Positions 18,564-28,459 of a stretch of DNA of 63,889 bases are shown here, piece after piece. Position 1 is the first letter of the stretch, and each line of letters begins with the position of its first letter. The translations under genes and the position numbers were made by a program. Source of the stretch: a virus. The notes under the pieces are model-generated. The model had not been told where the DNA came from. It saw only the letters and a program-made list of their open reading frames with translations, and did not search any database. Where the stretch lies: positions 1 to 63,889 of the IMG/VR virus record IMGVR_UViG_3300015245_000007; one strand, given 5' to 3'.

Positions 18564-18965
18564 TTAGCGCGTGAAGCCAGGTGGCGGCACAATGCGAACT
18601 GTGGTCCCCGCGGCCGCCTCTGCCATTTGCTTGGCCTCATAGGCAACGCGCGCGGCATCAAGCACGGCGAGGAAAGGCTCGACGGCGGCGCGGTCTAGGA
18701 TCACTTCGTTGCGCAGGCCTTCGCCGTCAGCAAACGTCATCATGCCCTTGCCGCGTTGAACGGTCTTTGCGCGTTCGCCCTCATCGCCGTCCTCGAGCTC
18801 GATTGCTTCGACATGCGGCTCATCGTCATTCCAGCCGACGCGCACGCAACCTTCGGGGACCGGCGGCATGGTCACCGGAAACTCTGTCACGATCGGGGGG
18901 AGGCCGCCGGCGCGCTCTTCGATCGTTTTGACGGTGCCGGCGCGGACATCTACGGCGATATGCAT
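18564..18965 (-). CDS. hypothetical tail-associated protein
   Basis: ATG 18965 with AGAGG SD; 133 aa. Confidence 0.5.
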   Translation of the reverse strand: MHIAVDVRAGTVKTIEERAGGLPPIVTEFPVTMPPVPEGCVRVGWNDDEPHVEAIELEDGDEGERAKTVQRGKGMMTFADGEGLRNEVILDRAAVEPFLAVLDAARVAYEAKQMAEAAAGTTVRIVPPPGFTR

Positions 18966-18975
18966 CGGTGCACCT

Positions 18976-19305
18976 CTATTGCAAGACCTGGGTTTCGATC
19001 GCGCCGGCATCCTCTTCGCGTTCGGCATGTTCGGCAATATCGCCCTTGTCATCTGGCGTGATGCCATCCGCCTGCGGCGCCACCATCATCACCGGAGCCA
19101 TCATGATATTGACCGCCGCCTCGAGCGAGCGCGCGATCGCCATCGCAATCGGCGGATCAAGCTTGATCTCGATGCATTGATCCGGACCGGCCTGAACGAA
19201 GAACATGAGCGGGCGGCCGGGCTGCGTCTGAATGAGAAAAGGGCCGATCGTGGTTCGATAAAGATCGGCGGGAAGTTGGGGTGCGTTGATCTTTACTTCG
19301 GTCAT
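18976..19305 (-). CDS. hypothetical protein
   Basis: ATG 19305 with AGGAAC SD-like box; 109 aa. Confidence 0.5.
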   Translation of the reverse strand: MTEVKINAPQLPADLYRTTIGPFLIQTQPGRPLMFFVQAGPDQCIEIKLDPPIAMAIARSLEAAVNIMMAPVMMVAPQADGITPDDKGDIAEHAEREEDAGAIETQVLQ

Positions 19306-19333
19306 GGCGCGATGTTCCTGTTCGCCACCTCCA

Positions 19334-19798
19334 TCAGAGCGCGGAGGCCGTCCGCCATAGATCATCGATTTTTTCCGGTGTCCAGTCCAAGGCCTGGCCC
19401 AGCGCGGCCACGATCGGAGAAGCGCGCATGAACTGCGTTTGTCCGCTGATTTTCATCTGCGCGGTGAACCGCTGATCGGCCGGCAGCGCATTGACAGCCG
19501 CGAGGATTGCCGCCGGGATTGTGCCCGTCGCCACCGCTGCGATCGCCTCCGCCTCCGAGATGCTGCCGGCGTGCGCGAGCGCGGTGAAGAACTGCACGTC
19601 GGTGATGATCTCGGGCACGGGCGCCGGCGGCGCCACGTAAGCATCGGGAGTGGTGATGCCATGCTCTTGCATGATCACCTTCCAATCGTAGCCCGCCTTT
19701 CCTTCATGATCGAGCGGGCGATTGTTCGCTGCATCCCACGGGATATCGCCGATGTCGGTCCTGACGGAGGTCCCGAACTGGTCGAGTGTCGGTCTCAT
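19334..19798 (-). CDS. hypothetical protein (fibre assembly candidate)
   Basis: ATGA coupling with upstream fibre-like gene; 154 aa. Confidence 0.5.
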   Translation of the reverse strand: MRPTLDQFGTSVRTDIGDIPWDAANNRPLDHEGKAGYDWKVIMQEHGITTPDAYVAPPAPVPEIITDVQFFTALAHAGSISEAEAIAAVATGTIPAAILAAVNALPADQRFTAQMKISGQTQFMRASPIVAALGQALDWTPEKIDDLWRTASAL

Positions 19799-21354
19799 GC
19801 GAGCCTCACATCTGCCTTGAAGTCAAAACGGAATCCGTTGGACGATCCCGGTGAGTACATGCCGAACCCGAGCTCGTTGGCTTGCTGGACCGTATAGCCG
19901 GCATAGTTGTTGCCGGCGCTGGCGCCGGTCTCAAGAAATATTCTGTTCGCCGTGCCGGCATCGTCATAAGGCACTATCGTTGGCGTGTTTCGCATCGGCC
20001 TTGGGTAGAAGAAGTGAATTAGGATGTCCGTGCCGCCACCGGCCGCCATGATGAAACGCTGGCTGCCAACGGCGGCGGCGCCGACCGCGCGACCCACGCC
20101 ACCACTCCAGTGAAAATATCTCCGGCAAACAAAGTCTTCCTGATCGGCCGGCCGCATCAACGATGGCCAGCGCGCACTGAGCTGCGTTTGATCGAACTGC
20201 GTGAGATCGATGCGAGGAATGATGACCGCGCCCGTGATCTGGAATGTGTCTGTCGTCGCGGCGACCCCGTTCGTGGTCCCCGTGACGCCGGTCAATGATC
20301 CGGCAAACCACGCGCCGGCCGCGCCCGTGAATCCGCTGCCCGAGGCGATGACCACGCCGAAATAAAGGCCGGTGCCATTCGTCTTATTCCATGTGCCCGT
20401 GACGTCGCCCGGGATCGTGAAGGTCTTGAGCTCCCAGGTGTCGGCAACGTTCACCGCGAACGTGACGCCATAGGAGCGGGTGGCCCCGCCCTGAACCGCA
20501 CCGTTGAGGATAACCGCCGAATAATTGCCGGTGCGATGCGCCTTGACCATCACGCCGAAGCTCACCGAGGCCGCGCCGGCGGCGCCGAAGCCTGCGTTGC
20601 TGATGCGCATGCCCTCGATCGGCATAACGAGAAGCATGTAGTCGTTGGATGTCATCGCAGCTTGCGCGGTGCCAACCGTCATCTTGATCGAATTGTTGAA
20701 GCCGGGCGGCGCATCGGTCACTTGCGCTATCGTCGCGACAAATGAGCCGCGGTAGGCCGCGAATACACCATCGACCGTATACTTGACCGACTGCGATCCG
20801 ACAGCCGTCAGCACGACGCCGGTCGTGCCGTTCTCAAGCGAAACCTCCATCGCCGGATTGACGACGTCATTTAGCTCCGCGATCGGATCGAGCGGCGATG
20901 CGCCGATGTTCGCGCGTGCGGTCGAGCCCGTCGCGATCAGCTCCGAAAGGCTGTTGCCGGCAAACAGGCCAACGCCTGTATTCGAATAGGCGAAGATCAC
21001 CCAATTGCCGAACTCGTCCGACATCGCGACGGCGGTCGCGCCGACGGACGTCGTGATGTTCGCTTGCGTCGGCGTCTCGAGCGTAACCGCATTGCGCGTG
21101 ATCGTCTGCACGGCATTCCACTTGACGAACTTGATCAGATTCCGGCCCTTGCCGAATGACGACACAGTGCCCGCGACGCCGGCGAGAATGCGCGAGTTGC
21201 TCACCTTGCCCAGGTTCAAGACGCCGTCTGTGCCGAGCGCGACGCTCCGATAATATGGAGCGCCGAGAAGTCCATTGCCGGAGCTGCGCGCTCGGCGCGC
21301 GAGGCTCATGACCGCTGACCCCTGATTGGGTCCGAACGCGCCGAAGTTTGCCAT
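19795..21354 (-). CDS. tail fibre-like structural protein
   Basis: 519 aa, Gly/Ala/Thr/Val-rich beta-type composition, within fibre cluster. Confidence 0.5.
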   Translation of the reverse strand: MANFGAFGPNQGSAVMSLARRARSSGNGLLGAPYYRSVALGTDGVLNLGKVSNSRILAGVAGTVSSFGKGRNLIKFVKWNAVQTITRNAVTLETPTQANITTSVGATAVAMSDEFGNWVIFAYSNTGVGLFAGNSLSELIATGSTARANIGASPLDPIAELNDVVNPAMEVSLENGTTGVVLTAVGSQSVKYTVDGVFAAYRGSFVATIAQVTDAPPGFNNSIKMTVGTAQAAMTSNDYMLLVMPIEGMRISNAGFGAAGAASVSFGVMVKAHRTGNYSAVILNGAVQGGATRSYGVTFAVNVADTWELKTFTIPGDVTGTWNKTNGTGLYFGVVIASGSGFTGAAGAWFAGSLTGVTGTTNGVAATTDTFQITGAVIIPRIDLTQFDQTQLSARWPSLMRPADQEDFVCRRYFHWSGGVGRAVGAAAVGSQRFIMAAGGGTDILIHFFYPRPMRNTPTIVPYDDAGTANRIFLETGASAGNNYAGYTVQQANELGFGMYSPGSSNGFRFDFKADVRLA

Positions 21355-21375
21355 CTGATCAGCCCTTCAAAGGTT

Positions 21376-21774
21376 TTAGCGGTCGTTGCCCCAGGCCATC
21401 ACGAAGATCGCTTCCGCATTATGCGTAGAGGCGAGCAACTGATAGCCCGACGGCAGGACCGTGTATTTTTCCGGCACCGAATAATCGATATCGTCCTCTG
21501 CGCTCTTGACGGATGCCGATGGCACCAGAGCCACGACATTTAACTCGTCGATCAGCGTATAGGTCGCGCTGCCGTCGAAGATGAAAAATCTGACCATGCC
21601 GATCGTGGTCGTATCGCGCGCCTTGAACTTGAGGCGCTCAATCTTGGTGCCATTGGCGGAGCCGGTGAGAATGGCCGCGGAGAGCGAACCGGTACCGTCA
21701 CGGTTTGCATTCGCGCTCGAGACAAGAGCTCGACCATATTTCGGGGTGACGAAGTATTCTGCCGCTGCCGCCAT
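21376..21774 (-). CDS. hypothetical structural protein
   Basis: ATG 21774 with GGAGA SD; 132 aa. Confidence 0.5.
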   Translation of the reverse strand: MAAAAEYFVTPKYGRALVSSANANRDGTGSLSAAILTGSANGTKIERLKFKARDTTTIGMVRFFIFDGSATYTLIDELNVVALVPSASVKSAEDDIDYSVPEKYTVLPSGYQLLASTHNAEAIFVMAWGNDR

Positions 21775-21799
21775 GATTCAGTTCTCCAGAGGTTGAGGG

Positions 21800-22216
21800 T
21801 TAGCGCGAAAGCATCCAACCCAATTGCGTGAGTTGAGCAAATCCGAGCGCGAGGGCCGCGGCCGTCGGTGTACCGGCGATCGCGACGCCCGAGCCGATCG
21901 TGGTCATGCCGATCGCGGTCCTGGCGTCGGTCTGATTGAGCCAGGCCGGCGGGCCGCTGCCGCTCAGGACGCGGCCCAGCATCGTGAATTGCGCAGTGTC
22001 GGCGAACTTTACCGGCGTCAGCGTGCTATCGGCGACGCCGGCGATCAATTGTCCCGAGACCCAGGATTGCGTTGCCAGCAACCAGCCGCCGGCTGTCGTG
22101 CCATCGTGAATCCGGATGCTCTTCGCCGTGGTGTCGTAAGTCGGTTCTGCCTGCGCGCCCGTGAACGTGGCATGCGCTGCGGCCGAACCTCTTCGCAATT
22201 GGATTTGGATAGACAT
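21800..22216 (-). CDS. tail-fibre N-terminal-domain protein (Mtd-N / hyaluronidase-N-like)
   Basis: IQLRRGSAAAHATFTG..EPTYDTTAKSIRIHDGTTAGGW matches the common fibre N-terminal motif; AGGAG SD. Confidence 0.55.
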   Translation of the reverse strand: MSIQIQLRRGSAAAHATFTGAQAEPTYDTTAKSIRIHDGTTAGGWLLATQSWVSGQLIAGVADSTLTPVKFADTAQFTMLGRVLSGSGPPAWLNQTDARTAIGMTTIGSGVAIAGTPTAAALALGFAQLTQLGWMLSR

Positions 22217-22228
22217 GCATCGCGCTCC

Positions 22229-23230
22229 TTAAGGGACCGTACCGTAGTCGACGAAGTCGGTCGGTGCCGCGGTGATGAGACCATAGTCGGGGCTACCGAG
22301 AACTAGCGCGCTCGCTGCGGCCGCGGCTGCAGACGCTGCGGAGTTGGAGGCAAAGCTGCTCGCCGAGTTCGAGTAGCTTTGCGCGATCGTCGACCAATGA
22401 TAGCTCGAGCGTGTGCCGACGCCGTTGACATCCAGGCCGACGGCTTTCTGTGCCCAATCGGCCGAGAGTTGGACATTCTGCGACGTGACCGTCACATAGC
22501 CCTGCACCGTCGTTTGCAGGTTGACGGCGTTGTTGTAGATGATGAGCGCAGCATTCGCATAATGCAGCGATGAGCGCGTGCCGAAGGCCGTCACGTCGGT
22601 ATTGGGCGGAGCCGAGGCCCAGGCTTGCGCTATCGCGACCTGAGCCGTGGCAAGCACCACTTGCGCGGCCGCGAGGCTGACTTGCGCCGCGCCGTTCGTC
22701 GTGGCCGCCGTCGCTTGCTGCGAAGCGATCACCGAATAATGCAGCGAGGATCTTGAGCCTCCCGCCGCACCAGGAACGTTCGTGTTGTACGCAGTGTTGG
22801 CCCAAGCCTGTGAGAGCGTCGCCGAGTTTGCACTGGTGACCGCCGAGGCCGCACTATCCGCCGCCGCCGCGATAGCCTGGTCGCGGAACGCCACGGTGTC
22901 GGTCGGGATCGATTGCAGGCGCTGGTAATAGTTCGCGACGAACCAGCCATAGCGGCGCGCATCGGTCGGATCGATGCCGGCGCTGATCGTGTAGGCGCCC
23001 GCGACGATGTTGCCGCCGGGCCAGACATAGGCAAGCTTGAGGTGAGAATCGTCCGTGATCTCGAGAACCGGGACCGCCACACCGCCCATCGAGAACCAGT
23101 CCGCAAAACTGATTCCGGTAAAGGCTGTCAGTCCGACGCCGGTCACGATATCGCTTCCGGTGTTTACGGTCGCGTGAGTGCCGGTGCCGCTGTCGGCGTT
23201 GGTGCCGTAGATATATGGGCGGATCGTCAT
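22229..23230 (-). CDS. tail fibre protein with repeated (S/T)RSS(L/Y)H(Y/W) modules
   Basis: Three spaced repeats GGSRSSLHYS / GTRSSLHYA / GTRSSYHWS each followed by Ala-rich segments; AGAGGGG SD. Confidence 0.6.
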   Translation of the reverse strand: MTIRPYIYGTNADSGTGTHATVNTGSDIVTGVGLTAFTGISFADWFSMGGVAVPVLEITDDSHLKLAYVWPGGNIVAGAYTISAGIDPTDARRYGWFVANYYQRLQSIPTDTVAFRDQAIAAAADSAASAVTSANSATLSQAWANTAYNTNVPGAAGGSRSSLHYSVIASQQATAATTNGAAQVSLAAAQVVLATAQVAIAQAWASAPPNTDVTAFGTRSSLHYANAALIIYNNAVNLQTTVQGYVTVTSQNVQLSADWAQKAVGLDVNGVGTRSSYHWSTIAQSYSNSASSFASNSAASAAAAAASALVLGSPDYGLITAAPTDFVDYGTVP

Positions 23231-23238
23231 GGGCCCCT

Positions 23239-26200
23239 CTAATCGCTACCTAGCAGGTTTCTGGGTTCTGACACGACGATATCTGCCGCCAGGATCATGT
23301 TGACGTTGGTGCCGACCGCATGCGAGGCGGTGTCACCGCTCGCGACGATCGACAGCAAATGATTTCCCGGCGGGAGATTTGGAATCTGCACCATCATGAA
23401 GCTCTGCACGCCGGCAACACCGCCCGCGGCCGGCGCCGCGAATGAGCCAAACCTATAAAGCTCGGAACTGTTGATATACAGGGAAAAGTGTCCCGTATCG
23501 CCGGCGAACGCATTGATTGATCCGCGCACGCCCATGAAGACGGTTGCGACGCCACGCAGGATCGTAGCCGAGCGATTGAGCAGCACCGTCGTAGGACAAG
23601 GGGCGTTCGGGCTCCAAACAAAGTTGGTGTTCGGCAAAAACGCGGTGCGCTGATAGAGCGCCGCGTCAGCCTGGAAGTTGTTCGCAGTCAACGTTTGGGC
23701 CGCGATGCGGTCGCCAGTCAGCGACCCGACTTGAATGTGCTGGGAGGTTATCGTCTGAGCCGCGATCTTGGTGCCTGTGAGCGAGCCGTCGATCACCATA
23801 TCGCCGCGCAGTCCGAAATAGGCTCCGCCGTTCACCGTGCCGGGCACCAGCACCGCGGTCGCCACGCCACCGGGCGGCGCGAATAGTATCTTGTCGATCT
23901 CGAAAATGAATTGCGAGAGCTGCGTGCTATCGACACCCGTCGTCGAGATCAAACGCACGCCGGAGAATCGCGCCGCGGTCCCATTTTCCTGGCTCATGCG
24001 CACGGCCCAATAGCCGGTCATCGAGCCATCGAAGTTCGTGCGCGCCGTGATCTCCTGTTGCACCGTGTTCGTGACGCCGTTGACCGTCGTCTGCACCTGG
24101 GAGAGCGATGTGGCCTGTGCCGATACGGCGCCCTCGACGATCCCGACCCGGCCGCTGAGTGTGTTCTGCGCAGAGGCGAGCGCAGACAATCCGAGCGTCG
24201 GCGAATCCAGCCGTGCCGTGATGTCGCTCAGTGACCCGGAGATCACTGTCACGCTGCCGGCGACGCTCGTCACCTGGCTCGCCAGCGTCTGCACGGCATC
24301 GCCGCGCGCGCTGATCTCGCCGGAGAGCGCAGCCGACACGGTGGTGATCTGAGAGGCAATGGATTGATCGGCATCCTGGCGCGTATCGCTCTCGACCTTT
24401 ACGCGCGCGACTGCGTCCTGTTGCGCAAATATGGCGCGGTCGTGAGCGAAGGCTGCAAAGTCCGCCGACTGCTGCGCGCCGTCGACCTGGAAGGCGATAT
24501 AACTTTGGAGCTGCGCGGTCAGATTATCGAAGGCGACTTTCATCGGAGTGGCGCCGATCCCGGTCAGCGTATAGGCGTGGAAGCCGACGCTCGATAGCGA
24601 CTGCAGACCGCCGCGGTGACGATTGAACGACGGGAATTTAAAATAGAGCGTCTGGCCGATGCGATCCGATGAATACGGCCATTTGAACAGGCCGCTATCG
24701 ATGCGCACCACCGGCTCGCCGGCCGCGTGCACCACGGGGAACGTCGAGAACGATCCTCGCACCAGGTACGTGAGATCATATTGATTCGACGACGTGAGCG
24801 TTGCGGTCCCGTAGCTGATGAATTCGCCGCCGACATAGAGCAGCGTGTTGTAGGCGCGCGCGTCAGCCTGCGTTGCCGTCATCAGGTCGCCGGAGCTCTG
24901 CGAAAGGTCGACGTGCAGCGTGTTCGTCTGGTCGATCGTCTGTCCGCCGGCTACCGCGGTAAAGGCCGGCAAGCCGCCGATCGTGCCCATGCGCGCCTTG
25001 CCGTTGACTTGGCCAAGGAGTCGGTATGGCCCCGCGCTATCGTCCGCCGCCCACACCTCGCAGCCGCCCCATTCGACGCTTGAGCCCGAGATCCCGAAAT
25101 AGACATACAGACCCTGGCTAAGCGCGGACGTCGGTTCGAAGATCACTGGCGCGTTGATATCGCCGGGCGGCTGGCTGTAGTCGGCTTGGAATCCGGTCGA
25201 GGGCTGAAACGAATACTGCGCCGAGGTGCCGGCGCCGCCGAGATATTCCTCAGCCTTGAACTGAAGAATCCCATCGTCGCGCTCGCTGATCTCGCTGATG
25301 CGCACCCATTGGTGATCGAGGCCGAGAACCGAATCGGTCAGGGACACGATGTCCATCACCTCGAGCAGCGCATACCGCTGATCAAGCATGAACTCATAGT
25401 CGTTCGGGACCGCCAGGCGCTGGAGCTGCAAATGCGCCGAGAGCTGCGCGACGGCCGGATCGCAAAGCAGGTGCTGCTGAAGCGCGGCATTCTGAATGAG
25501 GCCATAGGCATCGATGCGCGCCTGGTCTTTCGCCTGCGCCAGGTCGACATTGTAATCTTTCGCGCGATTGCGAAATTCGATCTTGATCGAATTGACGATG
25601 TCGGACGGCCTGCGCGTGAGCAGCTTGACCGGATCATCGTTCGGGCTGTCGGTGAAAAAATCATCGTCGCCGAGATCATATTGCGGCGTCGCCGGCGGCA
25701 CGTAGGAAAAGCCGTGTCCCGAAACCGCTTCGTCGCCATAGGGCACGATATCGAGAACGCCGGACGAGAACCGCGCCGCCGAATTCGTCACCAGGCACAG
25801 CTCGTTGACGATGTCGGCCGCGCTGCGCTGCTCGCCATAGCCGGGCGAGAGCACCAGGCCGGAGGCCCGCGTATAATTTTGGTAGTTCGTCAGCGCGGCG
25901 ATGCGCGAGGCCGGGAAGACGTTGCTGTAATGCGGGCTCGTCAGGATGTCGACCATGATGCGCGAGGCATCGCTATCGCCGCTCGAGATCGCGGCGTCAT
26001 AGAGCAGCGCCTGCACCAGGATCGAATGGTTCGGCATTTCTGCGGTCGTGCCGAGCTGGTAATTGGCCGCCGCGATATAGGCAAAGCCGTTGTAGCCGCG
26101 CGCCTGGCTCGGGTGGTTCGTCGTGAGATAGCCCCACGGCGTTTGCGGATACGTCCCGAGGAACGTCGAGAAGCCGAGCGCCGACAGCGTCGTGACGGCC

Positions 26201-26523
26201 TTGCTCTGCCAGACCGTGCCGGGCATTGCGGCAATCGGCCCCTCGCAGATCGCGAAGGCGAACGCGGCGCTGTAAGTGTATGTCGGGCTTGCGGGCGCAG
26301 GCGATCCGAAGATGCCGCCCTTGCCGGCGCCGCCGGCCGCATCGTTCTGCTGCTGCGTCGCGGTGAAGTCGCCATAGAAGATGCAATTGATGGCGGCGCG
26401 TTGCGTGCCGTAGAGGATCGGCACCACGCCGCCGAATGCGCTCGTCTGCACCGGCACGCCGGTGACGTTCTGCGTCTTGTTCGCCTGCGCTTCGGGCTGC
26501 TTTGATCCGAATAGGAAGCTCAT
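23239..26523 (-). CDS. host-specificity / central tail fibre protein (gpJ- and GTA g15-like)
   Basis: 1094 aa; N-terminus FLFGSK..VPILYGTQRA..; follows NlpC/P60 and BR0599-like genes; ATGA coupling at 26520-26523. Confidence 0.75.
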   Translation of the reverse strand: MSFLFGSKQPEAQANKTQNVTGVPVQTSAFGGVVPILYGTQRAAINCIFYGDFTATQQQNDAAGGAGKGGIFGSPAPASPTYTYSAAFAFAICEGPIAAMPGTVWQSKAVTTLSALGFSTFLGTYPQTPWGYLTTNHPSQARGYNGFAYIAAANYQLGTTAEMPNHSILVQALLYDAAISSGDSDASRIMVDILTSPHYSNVFPASRIAALTNYQNYTRASGLVLSPGYGEQRSAADIVNELCLVTNSAARFSSGVLDIVPYGDEAVSGHGFSYVPPATPQYDLGDDDFFTDSPNDDPVKLLTRRPSDIVNSIKIEFRNRAKDYNVDLAQAKDQARIDAYGLIQNAALQQHLLCDPAVAQLSAHLQLQRLAVPNDYEFMLDQRYALLEVMDIVSLTDSVLGLDHQWVRISEISERDDGILQFKAEEYLGGAGTSAQYSFQPSTGFQADYSQPPGDINAPVIFEPTSALSQGLYVYFGISGSSVEWGGCEVWAADDSAGPYRLLGQVNGKARMGTIGGLPAFTAVAGGQTIDQTNTLHVDLSQSSGDLMTATQADARAYNTLLYVGGEFISYGTATLTSSNQYDLTYLVRGSFSTFPVVHAAGEPVVRIDSGLFKWPYSSDRIGQTLYFKFPSFNRHRGGLQSLSSVGFHAYTLTGIGATPMKVAFDNLTAQLQSYIAFQVDGAQQSADFAAFAHDRAIFAQQDAVARVKVESDTRQDADQSIASQITTVSAALSGEISARGDAVQTLASQVTSVAGSVTVISGSLSDITARLDSPTLGLSALASAQNTLSGRVGIVEGAVSAQATSLSQVQTTVNGVTNTVQQEITARTNFDGSMTGYWAVRMSQENGTAARFSGVRLISTTGVDSTQLSQFIFEIDKILFAPPGGVATAVLVPGTVNGGAYFGLRGDMVIDGSLTGTKIAAQTITSQHIQVGSLTGDRIAAQTLTANNFQADAALYQRTAFLPNTNFVWSPNAPCPTTVLLNRSATILRGVATVFMGVRGSINAFAGDTGHFSLYINSSELYRFGSFAAPAAGGVAGVQSFMMVQIPNLPPGNHLLSIVASGDTASHAVGTNVNMILAADIVVSEPRNLLGSD

Positions 26524-26987
26524 GCCGGCGGCGCCCAATAGCTGTAGAAGCGCCGCGGCCGCCAGCTATTGGATCGATCCTCCGTCATGACATTGAGCCA
26601 GCTTGCGCTGACGGCATCCTCGATCGACACGGTTCGGCCGCGGTAGGCGTGGATCACCATCGGCCATTCTTTTACGATCGCCGCATGACTGAAGCATCGC
26701 CCGAACTTCCACACCGCAACATCGCCGGGCTTTGGCTCGTCCGAAATCTGGCGCGCGAATCTCTCGATGGTTTGGAGGTAGAATTCCTCGCCGCGGTTGA
26801 GGTTGAAGTCCTGCGGATAGTAGGGCACTTCGAAATCCGTGATCAGGCCGGCCTCAACGAACACCTCGACCAGGAGCGTGCCGCAATCGACGCCGACGCC
26901 TTTGACGCGCCCGAGGTGATGATACGGCGTGCGCAACCAGCTCTCGGCGATCGCCACCACGTTCGCGCGCTGCGCCTCTTCGCTCAT
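26520..26987 (-). CDS. NlpC/P60-family cell-wall peptidase (GTA g14-like tail protein)
   Basis: WLRTPYHHLGRVKGVGVDCGTLLVEVF catalytic-Cys context, ..HAAIV..; ATGA coupling both sides. Confidence 0.7.
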   Translation of the reverse strand: MSEEAQRANVVAIAESWLRTPYHHLGRVKGVGVDCGTLLVEVFVEAGLITDFEVPYYPQDFNLNRGEEFYLQTIERFARQISDEPKPGDVAVWKFGRCFSHAAIVKEWPMVIHAYRGRTVSIEDAVSASWLNVMTEDRSNSWRPRRFYSYWAPPA

Positions 26988-27856
26988 ACTGCTGTTTCCG
27001 CCGCGGGAATGTCCGGCACGCCGCGAAAGTTGACGTGATTGAGAAAGCGGCTTGTGCACCGCGTCTCCGTCTTATCGCAGCCTGGGTACGCCGTGAAGGT
27101 GTCGAGCGGTTGCGGTGTGACGGGCAGCGGAGAAGCGAGAATGAGAGTTGCCACGCCGTCAAAGGTTCGAATCATGCGCGCCATCGTCGCGGCGACGCCA
27201 TCGTTGAACACGATCGAACCAAGATCGAGATCATCCGGCGCCGAGATCGCGCCGGTCACGATCACCCGGTTCGTCGTTCCGGCGAGCACGACGCCAGGAA
27301 TCGCGAAGGCTGCGCGACTGAGCGTGCATCCGGTATCGTAAAGCGTATTCAGACAGCCTGGCTGGAAGAGGTTGATCGGCAATTGCTTGTTGAGCCGCTC
27401 GGTATGGCTGTTGATCGAGAAGTAGACGCCCGATCGGCCGACGTCGACCTGACCGACCAGGCCAGAGAATCGGAGCACGGTGCCGACCGACACATCGCCA
27501 TAGATCGGCATGTAGGCGCGTTCGTAGTCGAATTCGGCACCCTGAAATAATCCGACCTTGATCGCAACGCGGAACGGCACGCTGCCGACTGTCGAGGATC
27601 CCGGCAGCACGGTGAACATCAGCGTCGAAACGTCGGTGCCGATCTTTTCTGTGACCTGGGGAAAGGCGCTTTCGGTGAAGCAATACGGCCCCGTCTGTCC
27701 GCCGGCGGTGAAGAGGTGGCCGGCCGACGTGATGTCCCGATCGCCGGTGCAATAGCGCAGCTTGGTGCCATCGATGAGCGTAAAGGTGAGCAATGCCGCG
27801 GTGACGAATTGCCGCGAGGCGAGAAGGTCGCGCAGTGCGGGCGATGACGGTCTCAT
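26984..27856 (-). CDS. DUF2163/BR0599-like tail tip protein (GTA g13-like)
   Basis: C-terminal GCDKTETRCTSRFLNHVNFRGVPDIP signature; ATG 27856 in ATGA overlap. Confidence 0.65.
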   Translation of the reverse strand: MRPSSPALRDLLASRQFVTAALLTFTLIDGTKLRYCTGDRDITSAGHLFTAGGQTGPYCFTESAFPQVTEKIGTDVSTLMFTVLPGSSTVGSVPFRVAIKVGLFQGAEFDYERAYMPIYGDVSVGTVLRFSGLVGQVDVGRSGVYFSINSHTERLNKQLPINLFQPGCLNTLYDTGCTLSRAAFAIPGVVLAGTTNRVIVTGAISAPDDLDLGSIVFNDGVAATMARMIRTFDGVATLILASPLPVTPQPLDTFTAYPGCDKTETRCTSRFLNHVNFRGVPDIPAAETAV

Positions 27857-28455
27857 TTTAGGCTCTGAAACTTGACGCTCTTGACGCTCCACAACGTCGC
27901 GAGAAACTTCTCAAAGCTCATCGTGTCGTCGGTGAACTCGCAGGGGAAGTAGTATGAGAAATCCGCCGTGATGGCGGTCCCGTTGCCGGGCGGCGCCGAG
28001 AACGTGATCATGCCAGGCGTTGCCGATCCCCAGACCGTCATCGTCACGCCCGCCTGCGTGACGCCATTGATCTTCGCGGCCGTGAGCACGTTCGGCGCCA
28101 GCACCGGCATCGTTGCGCCGCCGAACGTGCGCTGAAGCTGGAACGTCGACTTGACGCCATCGCCGGTCGCGATCGCCTGCGCCGTCACGGCGTTGTCGTC
28201 CGGATCAGCAAAGAGCCAGGAATCGAACCTGCCTTGGCGCTTGTTGAAAAAGCCCTCTAACGTCTGCATCTCGCCGAACGCGATCGCCGCGCGCAGATAG
28301 TTATAGGTGAGCTCCCATTGGTAGAGCGGATAGGACCACAGTGCGATGGCGACGCGCTTGCCCGACACGTTGCGCTGAATGTTGTTGCTCCACACCGACG
28401 AGCGCGTGACGGGAAAGCCAAGCCCATTGAGCACCGGATAAACCTGCGTCGACAT
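27853..28455 (-). CDS. distal tail protein (DUF2460 / GTA g12-like)
   Basis: 200 aa directly downstream of tape measure; GLGFPVTRSSVWSNNIQ.. Confidence 0.55.
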   Translation of the reverse strand: MSTQVYPVLNGLGFPVTRSSVWSNNIQRNVSGKRVAIALWSYPLYQWELTYNYLRAAIAFGEMQTLEGFFNKRQGRFDSWLFADPDDNAVTAQAIATGDGVKSTFQLQRTFGGATMPVLAPNVLTAAKINGVTQAGVTMTVWGSATPGMITFSAPPGNGTAITADFSYYFPCEFTDDTMSFEKFLATLWSVKSVKFQSLK

Positions 28456-28459
28456 GGGT

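Noticed and set aside
21800-22216. Mtd-like N-terminal fibre domain considered as a sign of a diversity-generating retroelement
   Set aside because: No reverse transcriptase ORF and no template/variable repeat pair were seen anywhere in the window.
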